Below are positions 16,887 to 26,060 of a stretch of 32,000 nucleotides of DNA, in pieces. The notes under the pieces were generated by a model. The model was not told where the DNA came from, searched no databases, and was given only the letters and a program-made list of their open reading frames with translations. Source of the stretch: Nitrospirota bacterium (lineage in GTDB: Bacteria > Nitrospirota > Thermodesulfovibrionia > Thermodesulfovibrionales > JdFR-88). A program made the translations under genes and the position numbers. Location of the stretch: the NCBI GenBank assembly GCA_021813405.1, contig JAKAKS010000039.1, forward strand, positions 11,451 to 43,450, read 5' to 3'. Numbering within the stretch: the stretch's first letter is position 1; the number at the start of each line of letters is the position of its first letter.

Positions 16887-19574
16887 GTGATGAGCATAAA
16901 CGTAATCATCAACGGTGTCCGGACGGAAGCCGAAAGCGGCAAGACCATACTTGAGGTATGCAAAAGCGCTGGCGTCCACGTACCCACTCTTTGCCATGAC
17001 GAAAGGCTGGAGGCCTACGGCGGATGCAGGCTGTGCCTTGTAGAGATAAAAGGCGTTCCCAGGCCGCTTGCCGCATGCACCACGCCCGCGCAGGACGGCA
17101 TGGAGATAACAACGGAAAGCGAAACCCTCACCAGGCTTAGAAGGACCAACCTTTCCCTTCTTCTTTCCAATCACCCCAATGACTGCATGAACTGCGAAAA
17201 AGAGGGGGACTGCGGCCTTCAGGACCTGGCTTATGAATACGATGTAAGGCCCGGCGGGTTTGAGGGCGAAAAATGGGACCTGCCCATACGGGAAGACAAC
17301 CCCTTCATAACATTTGAGCCAAATAAATGCATACTGTGCGGCAGATGCACAAGGATATGCAATGAAGTTGTAATGGCCGGCACCATATCGCTTACCGGAA
17401 GGGGCTTTAACGCCATGCCGGACACTGCGTTCAGAAAGCCGCGCACACTTGAAAACTGCGAGTTCTGCGGACAGTGCGTATCCACCTGCCCCACCGGAGC
17501 TCTTACGGACAGGAAAGGCAGGGGCAAAGGACGCGCCCCGAAGATGAAGAAGGTGAAGACCACCTGCTCATACTGCGGCACAGGCTGCAATTTCTTTCTG
17601 AACGTAAAAGACGGCAAAGTGGTAAAAGTTACCTCCGCTTACGATGCGCCAGTGAACCAGGGCAACCTGTGCATAAAGGGCCGCTACGGGTACGACTTCA
17701 TTCACAGCCCGGAAAGGATAACCAAGCCGCTCATAAAGAAGGACGGGCAATTCCATGAGGCCACCTGGGACGAGGCCCTTGGGCTTGTTGCCAGCAAATT
17801 CAATGAGCTTATCGCCAAGCACGGGCCGGAAAAGGTGGGCGGATTTTCGTCCTCCCGCTGCACAAACGAGGAAAACTATCTTCTTTCAAAATGGGTGAGA
17901 TGCGCAATTGGCTCCAATAACGTGGACAATTGCGCGCGAGTCTGACACGCCCCAACTGTGGCCGGTCTGGCCACAAGCCTGGGGGCGGGGGCCGCTACCA
18001 ACTCACTAAGCCAGATGCCGGACGTGGATACGCTGTTCCTGTTCGGTTCCAACCCAACAGAGGGCCATCCCATTGTTTCGCTGTGGCTTAAAAAGGCGCT
18101 CCGCAAAGGCGCAAAGCTCATAGTAGGCGACCCCAGGAAAACCTGGATGGCCGAACGCTCGGATGTGTGGCTGAATCTCAAACCAGGCAGCAATATCGCC
18201 ATGCTAAATGGCCTCATAAACGTGATACTGCAAAACGGGTGGGAGAACAAGGAATTCATCGCAAAGAGGACTGAGAGCTTTGAAGATATAAAGGCCAAAG
18301 CAGCCGAATACGATCTTGCCCGCACGGAGCAGGTGACAGGCGTTTCACAGGACCGCATCATCGAGGCGGCCCGCCTGTACTCACATGCGGACAAGGCGAT
18401 GATAGTTTACGGACTTGGCGTTACCGAGCACCAGACAGGCACGGAAAACGCCATGGCCATCGCAAACCTTGCGCTTGTTTGCGGCCACATCGGAAGGCCG
18501 TCCACTGGCATCATGGCGCTCCGCGGGCAAAACAACGTGCAGGGCGCGTCGGACCTCGGGCCTCTGCCCGCCACACTCCCCGGCTACCAGCCTGTTTCCA
18601 ATCCGGAAGTTCGCGAAAAATTTGAAAAGGCATGGAATGTAAAGATAAGCCCGAAGGCCGGCCTTAAATCCGTTGAGATGCTGGATGAGTGCAAGAGGGG
18701 CAACTTCAAGGCAATTTACATACTTGGGGAGGACCCGGCGCAGACCGACCCGGACCTCAACCATGTGCGGGCCGCACTGGAATCGGTAGAGTTCCTTGTA
18801 GTGCAGGACATATTCCACACGGAAACCACCCAGTTTGCGGATGTAGTATTGCCGGGGGCCAGCTTCGCCGAAAAAGACGGCACATTCACCAACGGCGAGC
18901 GCAGGGTGCAGCGCGTAAGAAAGGCAGTAGAGCCTCTGGCAGGCATGGCCGAATGGGAAGTGCTGGCCAAACTTTCAACCTTGATGGGCTACCCGATGCA
19001 TTACGACAGCCCTTCGGAGATAATGGACGAGATCGCAAGCCTTGTCCCCATTTACGGCGGCATCAGCTACGGGCGGATAGAAGAAAAGGGGATCCAGTGG
19101 CCCTGCCCCACCAAGGACCATCCCGGCACAACCACGCTATATACGGACCTGTTCTCAAGACCCGGAGGGCTTGCAAAATTCGTTGCGCTGGAGCATAAAG
19201 GCCCAGGCGAAAAGACCGACGGCGAATATCCTTACGTGCTCATTACCGGCAGGATAAGGGAGCATTACAATAACGGATCGATGACAAGAAGGTCCTCCGG
19301 CATAGCAGAGGTGGTGCCCGAGGAGCTTGCGGAGATCAGCCATGCGGACGCGGCAAAGCTGGGCATTGCAAGCGGAGATATGATAAAGGTCTCCTCCAGA
19401 AGGGGCGAGGTCACGGTAAAAGCGAAGGTGACCGCCCGCTCGCAGGCCGGCAACGTGTTCATGACATTCCACCATAGAAACGTACTGTCCAACATACTCA
19501 CCTCCGGCCACAGGGACCCTATCACCGGCACGCCTGAATACAAGGCCTGCGCAGTCAAAATCCAGAAGATTTAA
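16887..19574 (+). CDS. fdhA: Selenocysteine-containing formate dehydrogenase catalytic subunit, read through the in-frame TGA at 17943-17945; 895 residues from GTG 16887 (or ATG 16890)
   Basis: Both track ORFs are in the same frame (2688 nt = 896 codons including stop). N-term 2Fe-2S domain (CHDERLEAYGGCRLCLVE), CPTGAL, CILCGRCTRIC, CEFCGQCVSTCPTGAL, TTCSYCGTGCNFFL; then NNVDNCARV[U]HAPTVAGLATSLGAGAATNS, matching the FDH Sec site; molybdopterin domains through HHRNVLSNILTSG. Confidence 0.95.
17943..17990 (+). promoter_or_regulatory. Sec codon (17943-17945) plus bacterial SECIS-like hairpin (core 17958-17974)
   Basis: TGA-CACGCCCCAACT-GTGGCC-GGTCT-GGCCAC; 6-bp perfect apical stem, GGUCU loop beginning 18 nt after UGA; candidate lower stem GCCCC (17949-53)/GGGGC (17982-86). 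Confidence 0.93.
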
Positions 19575-19626
19575 TACTCCAGCTCTGGGCCGCGCGTGAA
19601 GGGCCAAAGAAGCATATAATATCGTG

Positions 19627-20211
19627 ATGGAAGATTTCGATACTCTCCTGGACGAAGCATCGCGCGTTCACGGCCACCTGTGCCCCGGCCAGGTGCTTGG
19701 CGTGCGCATGTCCGTGCTGGGGCTGCGAAAGATTGGCATACCGGACCCCAAAGGCAAAGACCGCAAAAACATAATAGTGTTTGTGGAAATGGACAGGTGC
19801 GCAACCGACGCCGTCTCGTCCGTAACCGGCTGCACACTTGGCCACCGCACTTTGAAATTCATGGATTTTGGGAAGATGGCAGCCACTTTCTTGAATTTAA
19901 AAACCGGCAAGGCCGTAAGGGTTATCGCTAAAGAGGAATCGCGCCTGAAGGCAAAGGAATTTTTCCCCGAAACAGAAAACAAATATGCCGCGCAGCTTGA
20001 GGCGTACAAGATAATGGATGAAAAGGACCTTTTTGACGTGATGGAGGTCTCGGTTAAGCTAAAGCCCGAAGACATGCCGGGCAGGCCGCTTGGCAGGGTG
20101 AAATGCGATAAATGCGGCGAACACGTTCAGGACTTGCGGGAGGCGAGCAAAGGCGGTAAAGTACTTTGCAGGCCGTGCGCGGGCCAGGGATATTATGAAA
20201 AACTTGGATAA
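19627..20211 (+). CDS. FmdE-family protein (formylmethanofuran dehydrogenase subunit E-like) with C-terminal zinc-ribbon-like motif; GTG at 19624 is an alternative start
   Basis: VHGHLCPGQVLGVRMSVLG, DRCATDAVSSVTGCTLG; C-term KCDKCGEHVQ...VLCRPCAG. Confidence 0.85.
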   Translation: MEDFDTLLDEASRVHGHLCPGQVLGVRMSVLGLRKIGIPDPKGKDRKNIIVFVEMDRCATDAVSSVTGCTLGHRTLKFMDFGKMAATFLNLKTGKAVRVIAKEESRLKAKEFFPETENKYAAQLEAYKIMDEKDLFDVMEVSVKLKPEDMPGRPLGRVKCDKCGEHVQDLREASKGGKVLCRPCAGQGYYEKLG

Positions 20212-20214
20212 GGG

Positions 20215-20303
20215 CAAAGAATTTTTTTACCTGTCATTCCGGCTTCTACCCCAAAAAAGCTACAGCTTTTGGGGGACCACGGCTTGTCCGGAATCTTTCT
20301 TTG
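20215..20303. repeat. Nested palindromic element between the FmdE-like and MoeA-like genes
   Basis: Arms CAAAGAA/TTCTTTG (20215-21/20297-303), ATTCCGG/CCGGAAT (20236-42/20288-94), CCCC-AA-AAAAGC-TACA-GCTTTTGGGG (20249-20274). Confidence 0.6.
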
Positions 20304-20312
20304 GTGTAAGCC

Positions 20313-21383
20313 ATGTGCAAAGATGACAGCCACAATATAAAAGACACAGACAATACATCCGGCAAAACGGTCCATGTCACCGAGTCCGTCGGCATGGTGC
20401 TTGCCCACGACATCACCGAGATAAGGCCAGGGCAGTTCAAGGGCCGGGCTTTCAAAAAAGGGCATGTTGTCCGCCAGGAAGATATTGAGCACCTGAGGAG
20501 AATCGGCAAGGAAAATCTTTTTGTGCTGAATATCGCCGGAGACGAGATGCACGAAAACGATGCCGCCACAGCCCTTGCGGCCGCCCTCATGGGTGGCGGA
20601 GTGGAGGCGCAGGGTGAGCCCCGCGAGGGGAAAATAAATATAGTTGCGGCAAGGGACGGCCTTTTAAAGATAAACAAGGACGCGATATTTGCCTTTAATA
20701 TGCTTGGCGAGGTCATGTGCGCATCCCTGCATAACAATACAGTTGTTAAAAAAGGGCAGACCGTCGCGGGCACAAGGGCGATACCTCTTGTGATAAAAAA
20801 AGATATTGTGCGGGCCGCCGTGGATGCCGCTTCAAAAGGCGGCAAGCCGGTACAGGTAAAGGAAATCCGGAAACCCAGGGCAGGCCTGGTTGTCACCGGC
20901 AATGAGGTTTATTACGGCAGGATAAAAGACGCCTTCGCTCCTGTGATAACAAACAAGATAGGGGCGTTAGGCGGCGGGATGGTGGGAATACATTATGCGC
21001 CAGATGACGTATCATCCATCGCGGCCAGGGTAAAGGAGTTGATAAACGCCGGGGCGGACCTGCTTATTTTAACGGGCGGGATGTCCGTAGACCCGGACGA
21101 CGTAACCAGGCACGCCGTAAGAAAACTGGGCGCAGCCGGTATGCTTTACGGCTCGCCCGTGCTTCCTGGCGCCATGTTCCTTGTTGCATATCTAAATGGA
21201 ATACCGGTGCTGGGCGTTCCGGCCTGCGGCATGTACAGCAAAACAACGGTGCTGGATTTAATTCTTCCAAGAGTTCTTGCCGGTGAGAGAATCGAAAGAA
21301 AGGACCTGGCGGAGCTAGGCCACGGCGGCCTCTGCCAGCATTGCAAGGAGTGCAGGTATCCGGTGTGCCCGTTCGGAAAGTAA
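20313..21383 (+). CDS. MoeA/MogA-like molybdopterin-binding protein with C-terminal cysteine cluster
   Basis: GMVLAHDITEI, KGHVV, AGLVVTGNEVYYG, ADLLILTGGMSVDPDDVT, GAMFLVAYLNGIPVLGVPAC; ends GLCQHCKECRYPVCPFGK. Confidence 0.85.
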   Translation: MCKDDSHNIKDTDNTSGKTVHVTESVGMVLAHDITEIRPGQFKGRAFKKGHVVRQEDIEHLRRIGKENLFVLNIAGDEMHENDAATALAAALMGGGVEAQGEPREGKINIVAARDGLLKINKDAIFAFNMLGEVMCASLHNNTVVKKGQTVAGTRAIPLVIKKDIVRAAVDAASKGGKPVQVKEIRKPRAGLVVTGNEVYYGRIKDAFAPVITNKIGALGGGMVGIHYAPDDVSSIAARVKELINAGADLLILTGGMSVDPDDVTRHAVRKLGAAGMLYGSPVLPGAMFLVAYLNGIPVLGVPACGMYSKTTVLDLILPRVLAGERIERKDLAELGHGGLCQHCKECRYPVCPFGK

Positions 21384-21729
21384 AAAGTTGAGAGTTGGTC
21401 TTTGCGAAGGACTCCGCAATCGCCCTGTGGCAATCATGCCGCTGCCTCTCTTTATCCGATTCTGAAAAAAGCGCAGACTGCGTCCAGTAAGTGACACTTC
21501 GGTTTCTCTCTAAAAAGCGCGGACTTCGCCCTCAAGCTTGCGTAATCGAGCGACCTTTAAACATAGCGGTTACCAGTTGGGAAAAACACAGAGTTAAATA
21601 AAGCGTCCCCGGAATTCGTGTACGTTCAGCGGTTTGCCTTTGTTCACAGGTAAAAGCCACTGGATATCGGCCTTTGCCGGTATGGCAGCTATGCGGCAAT
21701 AAGGTCTAATTCGTTTTAAAATGAATTAA

Positions 21730-22653
21730 CTAGTGCCATGCATTTCTGTTTCTACTTTTCCCTGTTGTATTACTTTTCCCTGTTGTATTAATTATCACCG
21801 TAGGATTTGATTTGCTGCTATTCTCCCGGCCCTGCCATATATATATCTTGTCCTTGGCGGCCCGGGCATTGGGGGCGTCGGGGACCAAGGTGAGATAACG
21901 CTGCATGGAAATGACGGCGTCCTTGTAAGCGCCGATCTCCCCAAGGATAAGGGCTCGGTTGAAATAGCCCTCCGGCCACCACGGCGCTATCTGCAAAGCC
22001 TGGCCGTAAAGATTCGCGGCATCGGCAAACTGCTTTTGATTGACGGCGTCATCGGCCTGGATTTTTAGCGCCCGGACATCCTCGCTTGGCGCCGGTTTGA
22101 CAGCCATGCCCCGGTAATTGCTTACGACAGTATCGAATCGGGCCGGGTCTATGCCCAGCGGCTTGACTTGCATCCTCGCCCTAGCCATCTGCCCCTGAGC
22201 CAATAATGTCGGGTCATCAAGTACGGCAACGACATCCATCTGATCATACCTGATTGCGTAGCTTCGAGGGGTCGAGCCGTCGTTGCAGCTAATGCTTGGG
22301 TCGGCACCGCGAGCGAGCAGCAATCTAACAATTTCTACATGGCCGTCACTTGCGGCTATAGCCAGCGCCGTGCAGCCATCGCTGGATTTTGCATTCACGT
22401 TGGCGCCGTAATCAAGCAGCAGTTTAGTAATTTGCACATAATTGCCGCCAGCAGACCATCGGAGCAGCGTATGGCCTTTGTTATCCATGGCATTTACATC
22501 GGCACCCTGGTCAATTAATTTTTGCACTTGAGCGAGATCGCCATGATTGGTCGCGCTGAATAAAGGCGGTGCCGTCGCGCAGGACGGCAGGATAGTAACG
22601 GCGGCGAGTACTAATAGTGCGAACAGTTTTGCTTTCATTTTATCTCCCCTCAC
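21730..22653 (-). CDS. Putative lipoprotein with ankyrin repeats and a TPR-like region
   Basis: LLVLAAVTILPSCA lipobox; ankyrin units DQGADVNAMDNKGHTLLRWSAGGNYVQITKLLLDYGANVNAKSSDGCTALAIAASDGHVEIVRLLLARGADP; TPR-like ANLYGQALQIAPWWPEGYFNRALILGEIGAYKDAV. Confidence 0.85.
   Translation of the reverse strand: MRGDKMKAKLFALLVLAAVTILPSCATAPPLFSATNHGDLAQVQKLIDQGADVNAMDNKGHTLLRWSAGGNYVQITKLLLDYGANVNAKSSDGCTALAIAASDGHVEIVRLLLARGADPSISCNDGSTPRSYAIRYDQMDVVAVLDDPTLLAQGQMARARMQVKPLGIDPARFDTVVSNYRGMAVKPAPSEDVRALKIQADDAVNQKQFADAANLYGQALQIAPWWPEGYFNRALILGEIGAYKDAVISMQRYLTLVPDAPNARAAKDKIYIWQGRENSSKSNPTVIINTTGKSNTTGKSRNRNAWH
21754..21789. repeat. Perfect 18-bp tandem duplication (2 copies) at the 3' end of the ankyrin gene
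   Basis: (acttttccctgttgtatt)x2; encodes duplicated NTTGKS in the C-terminus. Confidence 0.9.
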
Positions 22654-22685
22654 GATCGGCTTATCTTAATTTAATTGTGTTCTTT

Positions 22686-23483
22686 TCACTGCGCCACCAA
22701 ACGCAGCAGCATATCCCGGCCGGGATCGAAGATCAGAAGGCCGCCGCCCTGCCAGCGAAGTATACCCCCGATATCTCCAGCCAGCGGCATGACTTGGTTT
22801 CCTTGAATCCCGAATATGCGTTTGCCATCGGATACGAAAACCAGACTACCTGCCGGTTCGGCCGCTACTGAGACGAAAGCGCCACCCGGCTCGCCAGCTA
22901 CCAGTAGCAGTTTGCCCTTCAGAACCTCATAAAGTGCGCCACCGGCCACAAGCAGCACCCGGTTGCCCGCCATGGCGGCGCCGGTTATGGGCTTGGGCGA
23001 TTTAAGAAGTTTCGATACTCGCCGACCGGGATGGATTATATAAAGGCCCCAGCTATCTTTTCCTTCCGGCCCATAGAGCAGTAAAGTGTCCCCCTGACCG
23101 GGGACTATGCTCATCTCTTCTCCCGGCAGGCCGAAAAAAGTCTTCAGCGTTCCGTCCGCATCCAGATAGACAAGATCGCGTCCCCGAACGCCGATAAGTA
23201 ATCCCTGCGACGTAAAAGCGAAAGAGGAGAGGCCCCGGACGCCAGTGGCGCGAGCGCCTGACGCGCCCACCAGCCAAAGCCGGTCCGCATCGCCCACCAC
23301 GGCAATTCCATCCGGTGTGACTGCAACGCAGTTTACAAGCGCCCCCAGCTTAGCCGTCCTGGCAACGTCCGGATTAAGGAGCTTTTCCAATTTCACACTG
23401 GGCGTTTGGGCCTGAGCGGCCAAAGCCATTCCGGGGAGCAGCGCTGATAACACCAATACTGCTATTTGAAATGCGCGCTTCAT
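22686..23483 (-). CDS. Exported protein of unknown function, beta-propeller/NHL-like repeats suspected
   Basis: Signal peptide FQIAVLVLSALLPGMALAAQA; repeated segments of the type VAVTPDGIAVVGDADRLWLVG / LVFVSDGKRIFGIQG. Confidence 0.55.
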   Translation of the reverse strand: MKRAFQIAVLVLSALLPGMALAAQAQTPSVKLEKLLNPDVARTAKLGALVNCVAVTPDGIAVVGDADRLWLVGASGARATGVRGLSSFAFTSQGLLIGVRGRDLVYLDADGTLKTFFGLPGEEMSIVPGQGDTLLLYGPEGKDSWGLYIIHPGRRVSKLLKSPKPITGAAMAGNRVLLVAGGALYEVLKGKLLLVAGEPGGAFVSVAAEPAGSLVFVSDGKRIFGIQGNQVMPLAGDIGGILRWQGGGLLIFDPGRDMLLRLVAQ

Positions 23484-24607
23484 TCTCCGGCCTCCGGAGT
23501 TGAAGTCCAGCCTTTGACGATCTTGGTAAGGTCTTCAGACAGCTTGGGGGCGGTCCCCGCAGCCTGCTTCAGGGTGTCTTCATTGTCGGGTATAAAGGAG
23601 GTGACAAGCCCTTTAACCGCTCCGTTGGCACTATCCTCGGCCGCGTCCTCGGCTGTGGCCCAGGCGCCCTTGGAAACCCCCTTGTTTACGGAAGTGCCGA
23701 AATCATATAGCCGGTTGACAGACTGGACGGTGAGCCCGTTTGCCGCGTCAGAATCGCCGTTTGCCGCATCGAGTATCTTGGGGAAAATGGTGCCGGGCAA
23801 TTTTGTAGTGTTGATCATAAGCGCCATGAACATGCCTTGGGGGCCGGTTTCGACTTCGGCCCACCCCTCCGCATCGATTGCGGCTTTCGAAGCCCCGCTG
23901 GATAGATAGCCGCGGGCCTTATCCAGCAGGAATTGATAGGCATTATCCATGTAATCCGAAGCGGTCACGTCAGGGATGACCGGTTTCAACCCGTCAAGAC
24001 TTAGCCCGACCGGAAAGCCGGACAGATATGCCTCTCCCTGGGCAGAAAGCAGTTGCGGCGTTGCATTCAGGTTAATCCCAGCTGGGTCGCCAAGGTTATC
24101 GTCGTTCATCATTTGCAGTTCTGGCTCTTTCTCTACACCCTGCATTTCACCAAGCAGCTTATTTTTAATGTCCTCTGCCTTTTGCCGGGCAACTTCTTCG
24201 GCTGCCTTTTGCCGGGCTAGCTCTGCCTGTAGCCTGGCCGCTTCGGCTGCCTTTGCGGCAGCTTCTGCCTGAGGATCGCCAAACAGCGCTTTATGGAGCT
24301 GCTGCCCGAGTAATGTACCAAGCATGAGGCCCCCCTGCAACATCAATTGCCCTTGAGGGGTTAGTCCGCCACCACTTACACTCCCGCTACTCCCGCTGCC
24401 GGGACTGTTACATGTACAGCCGTCCGGGCCCACCTCGCCGCCCTGTTGCCGGCACGAAGCGGCAAAAACATCTTGAGGGGTCGATGTGCCGCCCCAATTG
24501 CATTCCGCACCTTCAGCTATTGGCACAATAAGAAAAATAAGAAGCAGGACACTTATAAAACTGATAATTGACAGGCTATGCGAGCGCTGTGGCATGGATG
24601 AGAACAT
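23480..24607 (-). CDS. Exported protein of unknown function with Gly-rich segment and Ala/Gln/Lys-rich predicted coiled coil
   Basis: Strong SD AGGGGGGAG before ATG; signal peptide; short Cys-containing segment CRQQGGEVGPDGCTC; coiled coil AEAAAKAAEAARLQAELARQKAAEEVARQKAEDIKNKL; ATGA overlap with the next gene. Confidence 0.7.
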   Translation of the reverse strand: MFSSMPQRSHSLSIISFISVLLLIFLIVPIAEGAECNWGGTSTPQDVFAASCRQQGGEVGPDGCTCNSPGSGSSGSVSGGGLTPQGQLMLQGGLMLGTLLGQQLHKALFGDPQAEAAAKAAEAARLQAELARQKAAEEVARQKAEDIKNKLLGEMQGVEKEPELQMMNDDNLGDPAGINLNATPQLLSAQGEAYLSGFPVGLSLDGLKPVIPDVTASDYMDNAYQFLLDKARGYLSSGASKAAIDAEGWAEVETGPQGMFMALMINTTKLPGTIFPKILDAANGDSDAANGLTVQSVNRLYDFGTSVNKGVSKGAWATAEDAAEDSANGAVKGLVTSFIPDNEDTLKQAAGTAPKLSEDLTKIVKGWTSTPEAGE

Positions 24608-25096
24608 GGCAACTCCCCCCTAAAACCAATTTCCACCGGTGCCGGTCTTCTAAATCGAATACTTAATAATTTCAAATTGAAACTTGCACAATTATAACAT
24701 CTTTAAAAAATGTGGACTTCGCGACGTATTTTACATCCGTAGCGATCCGGCCAAAAGTGTTATTAAGAAGGGGAACACCGCATCCCGCCAAGGATATATT
24801 GAGGTGAGGGGTACCAGGTGTACTCTTCATCTGCTTTCACGTGCCTGAGAACGTAACCATCATTTGTAATCATCTTCTTTTCAGAATTTTATGGAGGTCT
24901 ATTCAACACCCAAACCATGACACCGCTGCCATTGACAATGTCATGCGCGGCTGTTTTATTGTATTGAAGGCCGGGGCAAGCGGGCCCGGGGGAAATTCCA
25001 GGCGGCTTTGAACAGATTGAACGGAGGCGGCGTTTAAGCCCCCGGAAATAAAGGGAAATTTCAAAAAGCTTTGAACATTAAAAAAAGGGCTGGCAG

Positions 25097-26020
25097 TTGC
25101 ACGAAAAAAGCGCGGAGCTTATAAAGAAATTCCTCAGGTATCTTGAGGTGCAGAAGGGCGCGTCCGCGCACACCCTGCGGGCATATGAAGGCGACCTGGA
25201 GGCATTCTTCAACCTGTGGAAGATAGAGCCAAAGGACGTCACCCTTTCGGAAGTAAGGGCATTCGTGGCGTCCAAAATAACAAAGGGGGCAAAGAAAAGC
25301 TCCGTTGCCCGCGAGCTTTCATCCATACGGGCATTCTTCAAATTCCTTGTGCGGGAACGCTACCTGGAGGCCAATCCGGCCAAGCTGGTCCCGCTTCCGA
25401 AGCTGGAGAAAAAACTGCCCTCCTACCTTACCGTGGACGAGGCGTTCGGGCTTGTTGAAAGCCCGGAAGGGGGTAACTTCAAGCCGGTAAGGGACAGGGC
25501 CGTGCTGGAACTGCTCTATTCCAGCGGCCTGCGCGTCAGCGAGGTTTCCACGCTGGATATTGACGACCTCAATTTCAGCGAGGGGCTTGTGAAAGTGCGC
25601 GGCAAGGGGAAAAAAGAGAGGATCGTGCCCGTGGGCGGCAAGGCGCTTGCGGCGATCAAGCTGTACATGAATGCGCGATATAAGGTTAGGGCCGGCACGC
25701 GCAAGACCAAAAATCCCCCGGCGCGGGATACCAGCACGCCGCTTTTCATAAACAGGCTGGGCGGCAGGCTTACGGAGCGGGCGGTTAGGCGCGCCGTGGT
25801 GGAAAACGCGCGGAAATCGCTGCTGGGCAAAAGGGCCTCCCCGCATACATTAAGGCACACGTTTGCCTCGCACCTGCTGCAATCCGGCGCGGATTTGAGA
25901 GTGATACAGGAGCTGCTTGGCCATTCCAGCCTCTCCACAACCCAGAGGTATACCCACCTGGACCTTGCCCATCTGATGGAGGTATACGACAAGGCCAACC
26001 CGCTTGGCGACGAGGAGTAG
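25097..26020 (+). CDS. xerC: Tyrosine site-specific recombinase of the XerC/XerD type
   Basis: TTG start; YLEVQKGASAHTLRAYEGDL; catalytic pattern SSGLRVSE, HTLRHTFASHLLQSGADLRVIQELLGHSSLSTTQRYTH. Confidence 0.9.
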   Translation: MHEKSAELIKKFLRYLEVQKGASAHTLRAYEGDLEAFFNLWKIEPKDVTLSEVRAFVASKITKGAKKSSVARELSSIRAFFKFLVRERYLEANPAKLVPLPKLEKKLPSYLTVDEAFGLVESPEGGNFKPVRDRAVLELLYSSGLRVSEVSTLDIDDLNFSEGLVKVRGKGKKERIVPVGGKALAAIKLYMNARYKVRAGTRKTKNPPARDTSTPLFINRLGGRLTERAVRRAVVENARKSLLGKRASPHTLRHTFASHLLQSGADLRVIQELLGHSSLSTTQRYTHLDLAHLMEVYDKANPLGDEE

Positions 26021-26060
26021 TTTTATCTATCAGCCCCGTTTTTGTTAAACTAAATCTCCC

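Noticed and set aside
17958-19574. Treating this as a separate gene or the upstream ORF as a pseudogene fragment
   Set aside because: Its GTG start lies inside the SECIS stem; both halves are in one frame and separated only by the Sec UGA with a matching hairpin.
20215-20303. Firm call as a molybdenum-cofactor riboswitch
   Set aside because: Position before a MoeA-like gene is suggestive, but I could not match the conserved motif, and a related palindrome occurs at 26.8 kb beside an unrelated gene.
25097-26020. XerC-like gene as proof of an integrated element
   Set aside because: Protein looks like a chromosomal Xer recombinase rather than a phage integrase; no att repeats identified, so only proximity is noted.
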